From positions 1 to 64,000 of the forward strand of contig CAZYQQ010000010.1 of NCBI GenBank assembly GCA_964650265.1: DNA of 64,000 nucleotides, written 5' to 3'. Below, one piece after another: positions 1 through 9,695 of this stretch (within the stretch, counting starts at the first letter, position 1; each line of letters begins with the position of its first letter). A program made the translations under genes and the position numbers. The notes beneath the pieces are model-generated. The model worked only from the letters and a program-made list of their open reading frames with translations. It was not told where the DNA came from and did not search any database. The stretch is from an uncultured Planctomycetaceae bacterium (GTDB lineage: Bacteria; Planctomycetota; Planctomycetia; Pirellulales; Lacipirellulaceae).

Positions 1-43
1 ACGCGGGGCGTCCGTTCAGGTGATTTCGAGTCTATGGCGGGGG

Positions 44-106
44 GTGCCCAATTTCTACGACGAAGTGGTAAGAAAGTCGAAAATCGCGCCAGACAAGGCG
101 TTTTTA
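44..106. repeat. About 63-bp direct repeat, copy 1 (GGTGCCCAATTTC..GTCGAAAATCGCGCC..GTTTTT). Copy 2 is at 678-740.
   Basis: Read directly: the two copies are about 85% identical and 634 bp apart. The upstream leader is also rich in GAAAATCG / CGATTTTCG motifs (positions 80, 196, 259, 710). Confidence 0.6.
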
Positions 107-163
107 ACGTATCTCGATCCTCCGGATCGTGGGGAGTGCCAGCCCGGCCGCTACCTGATTCGA

Positions 164-213
164 TGGCCGGCCGCGTCCGCGCTGCGAACGATTTGGAAAA
201 TCGTTCCACAATC
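164..213. repeat. REP-like 50-bp element CCGCGTCCGCGCTGCGAACGATTTGGAAAATCGTTCCACAATCG. A second copy is at 58535-58588.
   Basis: The two copies match at about 46 of 50 positions. The element contains an internal hairpin GAACGATTT-GGA-AAATCGTTC. Confidence 0.6.
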
Positions 214-394
214 GTGCCTTCGAGCCGGGAGGGCATTTTTTCTTTTTTCGACAAAACACGATTTTCGTCGAAAAAGTCGCCTTGTTTTTCGACCTCTCGC
301 TGAGCGATTCCGCTGCAAATCAGGGGATGTTGGCGACGCCATGGTGAAACAATGTTGCGCTTTTGACTTTTGCTCCCCCAGACTTTGGGGACTG

Positions 395-440
395 AAATCG
401 GTCAGGGGGGAGGGATCAGGTGTCAGGGGGCAGGGATGAA
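395..440. repeat. TCAGG-rich short element (GGTCAGGGG..CAGGTGTCAGGG). A related copy is at 13467-13522.
   Basis: The shared string gtcagggg..caggtgtcaggg is visible at both loci. Confidence 0.45.
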
Positions 441-677
441 GGATGAGTACATTTGTCCGTGCGAGCGCGCACAACCGTTGCCCGGGCATCGTGGTGGGTT
501 CGAGTTGCCAAGGAACAGTAGGTCCACCCTGGTCCGGTCAACGCGGGCCGAACCGGACCTCGCAGCGCAAACAAACACTCCACCGGAGAAAGCCCCCGCC
601 GGGCCCTCCGACCTCTGGCCTCCGCTCTCCTGATAGATACATTTGTTCATGTTACTCGAAGTTTAACGGATCGGGTG

Positions 678-740
678 CCCAATTTCGATCGCGAAGTGGG
701 GAAAAAGTCGAAAATCGCGCCGGGCAAGGAGTTTTTGCGG
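678..740. repeat. About 63-bp direct repeat, copy 2 (see 44-106).
   Basis: Aligned by eye to 44-106. Confidence 0.6.
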
Positions 741-1011
741 TTTCAAAGTTGAGCGTCTCCTTCTGTCTCCGAACATGGCGTTGCTGGCCAGCTCGGCGCC
801 GCTCCTACTCGGACTCCAGAAGTTGCGTGCCGGAGTTGCACAGCGCCGGTTTGTGGTTCGGTAAGAGTATCAACACAGAGCGGGGGATGTCGTGAATGGC
901 TACCAGCCAAGCGGTTGTAGTGGCGGCATCAGAACGTGTTCATGCGTACCCAATCGGGGAATTTTTGCAAATTTGGCGACCACTTTTCGATTATACTAAA
1001 TCGCTGTTGCG

Positions 1012-3300
1012 ATGCACTCCAGCAACATCATGAATTCCTTGCGAACGAGGCGGAAAATGGTTGACTTCTCTCCCGCATATCGGTTAGGCTCCGTGGGTCC
1101 AACAAGGTATTTCATGCGACTGCTAGCGGCAATGGTGGTTTCCCTGGTGGTGGTCGACGCGGCCCGCGCTGGCGTCATCTTCCTGGGGCCCACCCCTTAC
1201 CTCTCGCGGGCTGATAGCCCGTTTCCGGTCGATGGGAGCAATCCGAATTTCTATTTGGAGGATTTCGAGGATGGGGAGCTCAATACACCGGGCATCAAGC
1301 CCGGCACTCCAGCGTTCCCGGTCGCTTCTGAAATGGGCGGGATTGTGCTGACTCCAGGCAGCTCCACTGATTCAGTCGACGGAGACGACGGAGCATTAGA
1401 TGGAAACGGGAACGCGGGACACTCCTTAAGGTCCGACCTGCAATTTTTCACGCCTACAAATCCGCCGCGACAACAATTGCAGATCGTTTTTGACTTCGAT
1501 TCAAATGAATTGGGATTCCTTCCCAATCATTTTGGCTTTGTTTGGACCGACGGCAGAGAAAACTCGTCACTGACGTTCAGTGTGACGACGTCGTCAGGGG
1601 CGGAGATTCAGTTTCCGCTCGTGCATGGCTTGGGTGACAGCTTTCGCGACGGTGACACATTTGAGGACCGATTCGTGGGAGTTGTCTCTACAGACGGTAT
1701 TGCAAGCGTTACGATATTCGGCGGATACGTAGGTGATTCTGCTGGGTTCGACTATTTCGAAATCGACCATGTGCAGTATGGCCGTGTGGCGATTCCCGAA
1801 CCAGGAACTTTGTTCCATGCTATTTTTGCCATCTCGCTCATCGTTGCCATCCCTCGAGTCTTGGGACGACGTCGATCGAATGGTGCTTCATTGGTTAGCT
1901 ATCTGCAGTTGATGCCGAATGACGCAACATCCATGCGACGGTTCGCTTTTTCCCTCGTCGCCTTGGCGGCATTCTCTGGCAATTTGGCGAGTGCGGTTTC
2001 CGCCAACTTGTTGTACAAGCTCACGGCGCCTGATCCGCAGCCAGGGGCGAGATTTGGCCAGGTTCTCAGCGTCATCGATGGAAGTATCCTTGTCGGAGAA
2101 CCGAGTCGGTTTCACCCTGACACTGGCGTGGGTCGAGCCTATCTGTTTGACGGCATAACAGGTGATCTCAAGTTTAGCTTGAACAACCCAGCGCTGATGG
2201 ACCACGATGAGTTTGCAGGGGCATTGACTGGAGGGGATGGGCAGATTTTTGTCTCTGCGCGTGGGCTTCAAGAACGGATCTACGTGTTTGACTCACAAGA
2301 CGGTAACATGCTAGGAGAAATTCGTGACCCCAACGGCCCGCTCCCCGGAACTCGCGGCGGTCTGACTGGCTTTGGATCGGGTCTTGGGTATGGCGATGGC
2401 AGCTTGTTGGTCACTGCGCCCTCATTTGACTTGAGTAGTGAACTTAGGAATGTTGGGCAGGCATATTCCTTTGATGGGATGTCAGGACAGCTCAAACATA
2501 CGTATGAGAACGTCGAACCCAAAGTAAATGACACTCTCGGTAGCGGAGTCTCGGTTGCAATGCTTCGAGACAAAGTCGTCATTGGTGCGATATTAGACGA
2601 CCTCCCTGGCGACGATGGACCAGACGGAGACAACCCCGGTCGCGTTTGGGTGTTCGATCGCGACTCCGGCAGCGTTGCCTTTACTCTTGAAAACCCAAAT
2701 CCCGAATCCAGGTTTTTCGATTGGTTCGGTTGGTCTGTCGCGGCGAATGAAGACATTGTCGTCGTTGGAGCGCGCGAAGACGGAACGAGTGGTATCGATG
2801 GTTCAGGAACAGTCTATGTCTTCGACACTCTCACAGGCGATCTTCGTCATACACTGTTCAGCCCCCAGCCTGAGGATAACGGGGAATTCGGAAATGCGGT
2901 CGCGATCACTCCTGATGGAAGCATCTTAGTTGGTGCTTGGGGAACAAGCGTGTCGGAGGTCGAAGGCGCAGGCCACGTCTACTTATTCGATGGAGTTTCG
3001 GGTGATTTGCTTCTCGATGTGCCCAACCCCGAACCGACAGAATTCGCATCCTTTGGCTGGTCTGTTACGGCACTCGACAACCGAATTGTTGTCGGGTCGC
3101 TTCAGGCTGGCATTGATGACATGCCGGCAACGGGTGCGGTTTATGTTTTCTTCACGGTTCCTGAGCCTACAACGGCAGTTTTCTCGGGAGCAGTTGTATT
3201 TCTGTTTTGGTTTTACAGTCGTATCCGCCGCTGGGCGGACCTTTGGTACTACGGTTCAAGCTCAAGGAGGCTCAAATCATGCGTTACTTCCGAAATCTAG
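1012..3300 (+). CDS. Two secreted PEP-CTERM-type proteins fused in one frame. Module 1 (probable start at 1114, MRLLAAMVV signal peptide) ends with ..VAIPEPGTLFHAIFAISLIVAIPRVLGRRRS. Module 2 starts at about 1912/1933 with its own signal peptide (MRRFAFSLVALAAFSGNLASA), has repeated GxAYxFDGxxGxL FG-GAP-like beta-propeller blades, and ends with VPEPTTAVFSGAVVFLFWFYSRIRR.
   Basis: There are two PEP-x-hydrophobic-RRR sorting tails, each preceded by a signal-peptide-like N-terminus. No stop codon lies between the modules. Confidence 0.55.
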   Translation: MHSSNIMNSLRTRRKMVDFSPAYRLGSVGPTRYFMRLLAAMVVSLVVVDAARAGVIFLGPTPYLSRADSPFPVDGSNPNFYLEDFEDGELNTPGIKPGTPAFPVASEMGGIVLTPGSSTDSVDGDDGALDGNGNAGHSLRSDLQFFTPTNPPRQQLQIVFDFDSNELGFLPNHFGFVWTDGRENSSLTFSVTTSSGAEIQFPLVHGLGDSFRDGDTFEDRFVGVVSTDGIASVTIFGGYVGDSAGFDYFEIDHVQYGRVAIPEPGTLFHAIFAISLIVAIPRVLGRRRSNGASLVSYLQLMPNDATSMRRFAFSLVALAAFSGNLASAVSANLLYKLTAPDPQPGARFGQVLSVIDGSILVGEPSRFHPDTGVGRAYLFDGITGDLKFSLNNPALMDHDEFAGALTGGDGQIFVSARGLQERIYVFDSQDGNMLGEIRDPNGPLPGTRGGLTGFGSGLGYGDGSLLVTAPSFDLSSELRNVGQAYSFDGMSGQLKHTYENVEPKVNDTLGSGVSVAMLRDKVVIGAILDDLPGDDGPDGDNPGRVWVFDRDSGSVAFTLENPNPESRFFDWFGWSVAANEDIVVVGAREDGTSGIDGSGTVYVFDTLTGDLRHTLFSPQPEDNGEFGNAVAITPDGSILVGAWGTSVSEVEGAGHVYLFDGVSGDLLLDVPNPEPTEFASFGWSVTALDNRIVVGSLQAGIDDMPATGAVYVFFTVPEPTTAVFSGAVVFLFWFYSRIRRWADLWYYGSSSRRLKSCVTSEI

Positions 3301-3714
3301 TGGACAGCTTGTTCCGTAATAGAAGGCACTTTGTCCCGTCAGAACGCCGACCCGCACCCGCAAAACATAGGGCAATTGCCTTTGAGTACCTTGAGCAACG
3401 GAACGTCTTGTCGGCAGCAACAGCAGTTATGCTGGGGCAAGAGTTTCAGCTCCCGTCATGGCTATCTGAAGACCAGGGCAAAACCCAGCCACTCAACTTT
3501 CCCATCCTATCGCTCACACCCCACCCCAGTCAACAAAAACAGCCCTGCCACCGCCAAGAAGACCTCTCCCGCCGTCAAGAACGGGCGTGGAGAGCGCCAA
3601 AGCGGCGCGCCAGCGCGCTAGAGTTGCGCAAGAAGTTGAACTCGGCACGTGTGACACCTCCTGCGATGTTGTGTCGCACGATTATTTACTTGTTCAGCGG
3701 CTCACACGTCGACT

Positions 3715-4284
3715 TCACTCATTTGACAGACCCAAGTACTTCTTCGCTGCACTCCGGATCCAACCCAGCTTCTCTTTTTCAAGAATCGCGGCAACAGATC
3801 TCTCGTATCCCAATGTTTTGCCTCGGATTAGTCCCTTCAACGCGTGCCCATAAACATCCACATCACTCAGCAACTTCCCCAGGACGTCGCCATACTCACC
3901 TTTCCCAAATTCGCCTAGGATAAGTACAAAATTCTGCCGACCTTTACCAAAACGTGAGTCGCTCGCAATCCTAACTATGGCATCGAGAAAAGCATTCTTT
4001 CCACGCAGCTTCCTGTTGTTTCGAAAGAACTCGCGTAGCTCCTCGCTCAAACGCCATAGATCCGTTTCGTATCCTTTCCAGTCTGGCGCTCCTTGGACGC
4101 CATTCATCGAAATATGCATTCTAAGGCTCAACAAATCGTGTGCAAGCTCAACAAGTAAGACGCCCGCTTCTTCTAAGTCAACATCACTCGCTCTCGCGGA
4201 CGAGAGATTGCAGATGAGTGACCATTTCTGCTCCGTACTAAGGGTGTTCATCGCTTCTTCTATCCGCCAGCTATGGTTCGACAC
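3715..4284 (-). CDS. Hypothetical protein (189 aa) in a lower-GC islet.
   Basis: Clean ORF. Local GC is clearly below the surrounding DNA. I recognise no motif. Confidence 0.4.
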   Translation of the reverse strand: MSNHSWRIEEAMNTLSTEQKWSLICNLSSARASDVDLEEAGVLLVELAHDLLSLRMHISMNGVQGAPDWKGYETDLWRLSEELREFFRNNRKLRGKNAFLDAIVRIASDSRFGKGRQNFVLILGEFGKGEYGDVLGKLLSDVDVYGHALKGLIRGKTLGYERSVAAILEKEKLGWIRSAAKKYLGLSNE

Positions 4285-4532
4285 GCAACTTGATGGGGCT
4301 GCCGAGGTTGAGATGTTCTCTTAACAACGGCGTCGATATCTTGGTTCGCGTATCTATGATTACCGATTTCCGGGACCGCTTCCGCCCCCAAGTCTATAAT
4401 CTTACTGAGCTTGCGGTACTTGTCAGCCCTGGGACCTCTCATCGCCGCGCTGGGAAATGTTGGCTCTGGAGTCTTAGTGTGATAAATTGGGGTAGTGTTC
4501 AATGTTGAGTGTCTGGAAGTCGGATACCCTGA

Positions 4533-5057
4533 GTGTCTGTGAGTCTGGGAGTCGGATACCCAATTGTGATCATCACCATCCACACCCTGTTCGGCCTCGG
4601 CGCGCTATTGGCGGGTGCCTGGAATCTGCTCGCCACCAAGGGAACTCGCCGGCATCGACTCGTGGGCTGGACGTATGTCGGCGCGATGGCCGGCCTGGTG
4701 CTGACCTCATTTGCCATCTATGACAATTACGGCCGGTTCGGGGCATTTCACGTATTGTCGCTCGTGAGTGGCGCGACCTTGGCCATGGCCATGTCCTATC
4801 CACTGTTCCGGCGGAATGACCCGAGCTGGATGGAGTCGCATTACGTCTGGATCGGCTATTCCTATATTGGCCTTTGGATGGCCATCGGTTCGCACTTCTT
4901 GCAATACGTGCCGACCTGGCCGACCGCAATCCAGTTGCTGGTGTTCTGGGGCTTGCCGCTGGGAATCGGCTCGGCGCTACTGTTTGGCCAAAAGCGGCGA
5001 ACACTCGCGAGATTGCAGCGACCAGACTCCAGGAAGCCGGCGCCCCCTGACGTGTGA
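4533..5057 (+). CDS. Polytopic membrane protein (4-5 TM helices), function unknown.
   Basis: Hydrophobic helices: IVIITIHTLFGLGALLAGAW, VGAMAGLVLTSFAIY, WIGYSYIGLWMAIG, LLVFWGLPLGIGSALLF. Confidence 0.5.
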   Translation: MSVSLGVGYPIVIITIHTLFGLGALLAGAWNLLATKGTRRHRLVGWTYVGAMAGLVLTSFAIYDNYGRFGAFHVLSLVSGATLAMAMSYPLFRRNDPSWMESHYVWIGYSYIGLWMAIGSHFLQYVPTWPTAIQLLVFWGLPLGIGSALLFGQKRRTLARLQRPDSRKPAPPDV

Positions 5058-5236
5058 GCATCTCGCGCGCCGAAGCGTTCAGAACCCTACGCCAGTCGAC
5101 ACCTTGATCGGCACCGTCACCGTTGACGTGACACGCGACCACAGGCCAGCGACGCGCGGCGGCAGGTAGCTTTCTTCTCCTCCGACCCTCGACCCGGCAA
5201 AGGTCGGTATAGTCTCCTGACGTGTCGGCGAGACCC

Positions 5237-5974
5237 TCAATCCTCCAATCGCGTCGGCCCCCAAATCGCTCGCAAGAGCGCGTAAGTCTCCGGTTCCGAC
5301 TGTTTCAGTTCACCATGGACGAACGGGTAGAAATCGTTGGTGCCGAAATAGGCCTCGGTCATTTCGGCGAAGAACTCCTTGTGGTTCGTTGTCGCGTAGT
5401 GGGTCGTGGTCCGGCCATCGACGTGCAGCACCTGGCGGCCGTGGCCCGAGGCGACGTAGTCTTGCCAGCATTTCTTAATCGCCCGGTCGTCGGACCCTAG
5501 CACCTGATCGTGGTAGGCGTGCGCCAGTTCGTGCAACACGCACCAGGGCTGGATGTGCTGGTGCTTGGGGCTGACGAACTGGGCCGCCACCGGGATGTGG
5601 ACCCCCTTGGCGAGATCGCGGCTGTAGCCGTTTTGCTCGAGCCAGTTGGCCGACGGATGATACTGCATGTTGTTCAGCTTGCCGTGGTCGAGGTCGAGCC
5701 AGATGGTGACCTTGCGGAGTTGGGCCACGCGCTCGGCGGGGACGACGGTGACGACATCGGCGAGTCGCGCCCGGAGAAGGGCGACGGCCCGCTCGCCGAG
5801 TTCGCGATGCTCGTCGGAGTGGAGTCGCTGATCGACCTCAACGGTCCAGCCTTCGAGGCGGATGGGGTCGTGGGAGATGGAGACCGGCTCGTCGGCTCGC
5901 CCGGGCGCCGGGGGAGAGACCAAGAGGAGAAAGACGAGGAAGGGCAGGTGGCGGAGGTGGGGGGATGGGTTCAT
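5237..5974 (-). CDS. Secreted zinc metallopeptidase (HEXXH gluzincin-like).
   Basis: N-terminal signal peptide (LPFLVFLLLVSPPAPGRA). HELAH zinc-binding motif (HELAHAYH) with a downstream Glu (EFFAEMTE). Confidence 0.6.
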   Translation of the reverse strand: MNPSPHLRHLPFLVFLLLVSPPAPGRADEPVSISHDPIRLEGWTVEVDQRLHSDEHRELGERAVALLRARLADVVTVVPAERVAQLRKVTIWLDLDHGKLNNMQYHPSANWLEQNGYSRDLAKGVHIPVAAQFVSPKHQHIQPWCVLHELAHAYHDQVLGSDDRAIKKCWQDYVASGHGRQVLHVDGRTTTHYATTNHKEFFAEMTEAYFGTNDFYPFVHGELKQSEPETYALLRAIWGPTRLED

Positions 5975-6154
5975 TTGTTTGGAGAGGTTGGGGGGTGGGG
6001 GGAGGTCAGAGGTGAGAGAGCGGAGGTCAGAGAGCGGGTTTTCAGGAGAGGATTTTATAGATGGTCTTGAATCGCGAGCAAAGGTTGCTGGGGGGTGTGG
6101 GCGGGGGGTAGGATGGAGTGGGTGCGTGGCTAACAGGTCATTAGGGGCCGCTAT

Positions 6155-6796
6155 TTGTCAGGCTATGAGAGTCCGATGTCCCATCTCGGTCGGTATGCCA
6201 AATATCTGGTTCCTTCGTCGGTCGGCGAAAAGAGGCTAGAGGTTCTGGAAAGCTTTTCGACCCTCGGATACTGGAAGTATGTACTTGTCGAGTGGAACCA
6301 GGCCGTCGTCGGCATTGGACTCTTTTCAACTGCATTGATCGCGCTCGGAGGCGTAAACCTGCTCCGCTTCTTTTGGGCTTTCCCCGCTCTGGTACTCGGA
6401 TTCGTCTTCTATTTTTCGATAGTCTCTGCAATTCGATGCGGATGGATGTTGTTAGTGCGGCGGCGTTTGATTTACACCACTGATAGGCAATTGTACTTGA
6501 CGAACTGCCTGACTTTTCAGAAATTGTCGGTTAATACTTGTCGATTGGCGAGTATGGCGGGTGACGACTTCGATCGCAGGGAACGGCTGTCCATGGGATT
6601 GCATCGCGAGCAGTGTTACTATGTGCTCGAGTTCCGGAAGGAGTGGCTGCGTCTGAAGTTCATCGAACAGAGACCGTTCGTGCTCGGAAAAGTCGGGGAG
6701 CTGGAATTTCCAGTATTGGCGTTTCTCCACGATTGCGAGCTACTCGCGGAACTCGTCGATTGGCGATCGCCGAATGAGATGGTGATGACTGCTTGA
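6155..6796 (+). CDS. Membrane protein with two TM helices followed by a soluble domain. It may be a bacterial PH-like (YdbS-type) architecture.
   Basis: The TM pair is VVGIGLFSTALIALGGVNLL / FPALVLGFVFYFSIV, followed by about 120 soluble residues. Local GC is lower. Confidence 0.4.
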   Translation: MSGYESPMSHLGRYAKYLVPSSVGEKRLEVLESFSTLGYWKYVLVEWNQAVVGIGLFSTALIALGGVNLLRFFWAFPALVLGFVFYFSIVSAIRCGWMLLVRRRLIYTTDRQLYLTNCLTFQKLSVNTCRLASMAGDDFDRRERLSMGLHREQCYYVLEFRKEWLRLKFIEQRPFVLGKVGELEFPVLAFLHDCELLAELVDWRSPNEMVMTA

Positions 6797-7282
6797 GGTG
6801 AGGGTCCGCGCGCGGAGTCCAGACAGCCAATGGCGGCACGGCGAATAGTGCAATGGGCCCGTGATCATGAACTTGTCTGACCTGCGACGTGGGATAACGA
6901 TGGCATGAACACGGGGCCGCCGACAGCGCGTTTTTAAATGGAGCGTCACCCGTAGCGGTCCGGTTACGGCAGGCGTTACGACTGGAGAAAGGGGGCACCT
7001 ATGGAAATGCACCACCAGCAGGTGGTACCCACTGGCCCGGTTCTGATACCCTGATGCCAGCCCCTTCCTTCGATCTGAGCTCATAATCGCGGGGGTCTCT
7101 GCGGGGCGGCTGGGAAGCCACCCGGTATCGTTTAGACCGGTTTTGACGGCTTGGCGGACTGCCGGCCACCACCGCCGGGCTGCGTGAGGCCGATCCATTT
7201 GCCGCCCCCCACGGGAGCGAATATACTGACAGACTCCCCCTAGCTTCCCTGAATTGCCTCCCCAGACGCGGTTTCTCCTCCC

Positions 7283-8218
7283 ATGCCTGTTCCTGCTCGA
7301 TACATCCTCGGCGCGCTCCTGGCCTCTTTGGCTTTGGGTGGATTCGCCGCGGCCCAGCCGATCAACAATGCCCCTATCGGCGAGTTTGCCCGGGGGGCGA
7401 TGACGACGATCGCGCCTGACGTGAAGGTCGAGGAGACGTATCACCTGCACGACATGATCGAGATCACGTCGAACACCGACCTCGAGTGGCAGCCACAGAC
7501 CTTTCCCCAGAGCCGCACCCTCCACGCCAGGGCCAAGGATGTCCGCTTTGGCCAGGAGGTTTGGGGGCTCGAGATTTCGTTCAAGCCGCTTCGCATGATC
7601 CGTGTCGGCGGCCGTCCGGTCTGGTACATGGTCTACCGGCTTAACAACACCGGCGTCCGGCTCCGCCCCGATCTGGGCGAGGGAGGGGAGTTCAACGCGG
7701 TGGCGGGAGATCCACAGCCGGTGACCTTCACGGGACAGTTTGTCCTCGAATCGCACGATATCGATGCGACCGGGTCGCGGATCTACAAGGCCTATCTCGA
7801 CCGGATCGTCCCCGAGGCGATCGAAGTGATTCGCGAGCGCGAACTTCCCAATGGCAAGCTGCTGACCACCCCCGAGTTCGCCGCCCGACCGATCGAGGTG
7901 AGTACCGAGTCGGAGGACAACAGCGTGTGGGGTGTGGCGATGTGGGAGCAGGTCGACCCGGAGATCAACTTCATGTCGATCTACGTCGGCGGGCTCACCA
8001 ACGCCTACCGGTGGATCGATCCCCCGGGGGCCTTTCAGGTGGGCGATCCGGCGGGGAAGGGGCGGCGGCTCGTTTCGAAGGCCTTGCAGCTCAATTTTTG
8101 GCGGACAGGGGACGAATTCGCCGAGGATGAGCGGGAAATGCGGTTTGGCATCCCCAAGGGACGGGCCAACCTCTACGGCGTGCCAGAGGGGGTTGCCTAC
8201 CGCTGGACCTTCCGGTAG
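7283..8218 (+). CDS. Secreted hypothetical protein (311 aa).
   Basis: Signal peptide ILGALLASLALGGFAAAQP. Codon usage is good. The long opposite-strand ORF 6740..8233 is an antisense shadow. Confidence 0.55.
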   Translation: MPVPARYILGALLASLALGGFAAAQPINNAPIGEFARGAMTTIAPDVKVEETYHLHDMIEITSNTDLEWQPQTFPQSRTLHARAKDVRFGQEVWGLEISFKPLRMIRVGGRPVWYMVYRLNNTGVRLRPDLGEGGEFNAVAGDPQPVTFTGQFVLESHDIDATGSRIYKAYLDRIVPEAIEVIRERELPNGKLLTTPEFAARPIEVSTESEDNSVWGVAMWEQVDPEINFMSIYVGGLTNAYRWIDPPGAFQVGDPAGKGRRLVSKALQLNFWRTGDEFAEDEREMRFGIPKGRANLYGVPEGVAYRWTFR

Positions 8219-8328
8219 ACTCTCTGGGCTCACAATCCACCTATTTCCCCGCGCCCAGTTTCGCCTCCCGGTCTAAATCCCTGGGGCAGCCTGGCGAGGG
8301 ATGAAAACGCTCAGAGAGGGTCTCACTC

Positions 8329-8580
8329 ATGGCACACAAAAAGGGTCAAGGCTCCAGCCGCAACGGACGCGATTCCAACGGCCAACGCCGGGGCGTCAAG
8401 CGGTTTGGCGGCCAGCACGTCACCGCCGGCAGCATCATCGTCCGTCAGCTTGGCAACAAGTTCCACCCGGGCAAGGGAGTCGGCCAGGGGCGCGACTACA
8501 CGCTGTTCGCGCTGGTCGAAGGGCACGTGATGTTCGACCGCGAAGGGCGCCGCGTCAATGTGGTTCCCAGCCAGAACTAA
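8329..8580 (+). CDS. rpmA: 50S ribosomal protein L27.
   Basis: [29 protein letters not shown] is the canonical L27 N-terminus. Confidence 0.9.
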   Translation: MAHKKGQGSSRNGRDSNGQRRGVKRFGGQHVTAGSIIVRQLGNKFHPGKGVGQGRDYTLFALVEGHVMFDREGRRVNVVPSQN

Positions 8581-8656
8581 ATCTTCCCTGGCTCCGCAAT
8601 ATTCTTCACAGGGATGGCCCGGCTAGGGTCATCCCTGTTCTTTTGGTACCACGCTT

Positions 8657-9655
8657 ATGTTTGTCGACCGTGTGGAAGTCGAAGCTCTGGCTGGCAACGG
8701 CGGCAATGGGTGTGTGAGCTTTCGCCGCGAGAAGTTCATCCCCCGTGGCGGACCCGATGGGGGGGACGGCGGGAATGGCGGAAGCGTGATTGTCGTTGCC
8801 AAATCAGGCGTCGACAGCCTCGCCATCCTCGCCCACCGCAAACACTGGCGCGCGCGGAGTGGCGTCCCCGGCTCGGGAAGCAACCGGCATGGGGCGAATG
8901 GCGAGGACCTGGTGATCGAGGTCCCCCCCGGCACCATCGTCCGCGACGCCCGCCACGATATCGTCCTCAAGGACCTGGTGAACGACGGCGAGCGGGTGGT
9001 CGCTGCCCGCGGGGGTGCCGGGGGGAAAGGGAATACGCGATTCAAGAGTGCCACGAACCAGGTTCCCCGCGAGTCGACTCCCGGTGGCGAGGGGGAGCAT
9101 CGTTTTCTGGTGTTCGAACTGAAGCTGATTGCCGACGTCGGTCTGGTAGGCAAACCGAACGCCGGCAAGAGCACGCTCCTCAGCCGCGTGTCGCGGGCGC
9201 ATCCCGAGATTGCCGACTACCCCTTCACCACCAAGAAGCCTCATCTGGGGATCGTGCAGATCGACGTCGACACCCAGCTCGTGATGGCCGACATCCCCGG
9301 GCTCATCGAAGGGGCCCACGCGGGAGCGGGGCTGGGGCTCGAGTTTCTGCGCCATGTCGAGCGCTGCCGGGTGCTGATTCACCTGGTCGAGCCGACCCCC
9401 ATGGATCAATCCGACCCCGTCGAGAACTACCACACGATTCGGAGCGAGCTCGAGCAGTACAGTCGCGGCCTCGCCGAGCGGCCCGAGATCGTTGCCGTTT
9501 CGAAGGCCGAGCTCCCCGATGCCGAGCCGGTGGCGCAAGCGCTAGCCGAGTCGATTGGCAAGCCGGTAATGAAATTCAGCGCCGTCACCGGCGAGGGGCT
9601 CAATCAGCTACTTCGCGAAGCCCAACGGCGGCTCGAAGAGCTTCCCGCCCCATAG
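8657..9655 (+). CDS. obg: GTPase Obg/CgtA.
   Basis: Obg fold N-terminus (FVDRVEVEALAGNGGNGCVSFRREKFIPRGGPDGGDGGNGG). P-loop GKPNAGKST and DIPGLIEGA. The rpmA-obg linkage is conserved. Confidence 0.9.
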   Translation: MFVDRVEVEALAGNGGNGCVSFRREKFIPRGGPDGGDGGNGGSVIVVAKSGVDSLAILAHRKHWRARSGVPGSGSNRHGANGEDLVIEVPPGTIVRDARHDIVLKDLVNDGERVVAARGGAGGKGNTRFKSATNQVPRESTPGGEGEHRFLVFELKLIADVGLVGKPNAGKSTLLSRVSRAHPEIADYPFTTKKPHLGIVQIDVDTQLVMADIPGLIEGAHAGAGLGLEFLRHVERCRVLIHLVEPTPMDQSDPVENYHTIRSELEQYSRGLAERPEIVAVSKAELPDAEPVAQALAESIGKPVMKFSAVTGEGLNQLLREAQRRLEELPAP

Positions 9656-9695
9656 TCGAGAACTTGTAGTCCAGAAGTTGTAGAGGCTAACGACC

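Noticed and set aside
6740-8233. 497-aa ORF on the minus strand opposite the secreted protein 7283..8218.
   Set aside because: Arg/Pro/Gly-rich low-complexity translation typical of an antisense frame in high-GC DNA. The plus-strand gene has a signal peptide and better composition.
8614-9669. 351-aa Arg-rich ORF overlapping obg in another frame.
   Set aside because: Frame-shifted shadow of obg. Extreme Arg/Pro content.
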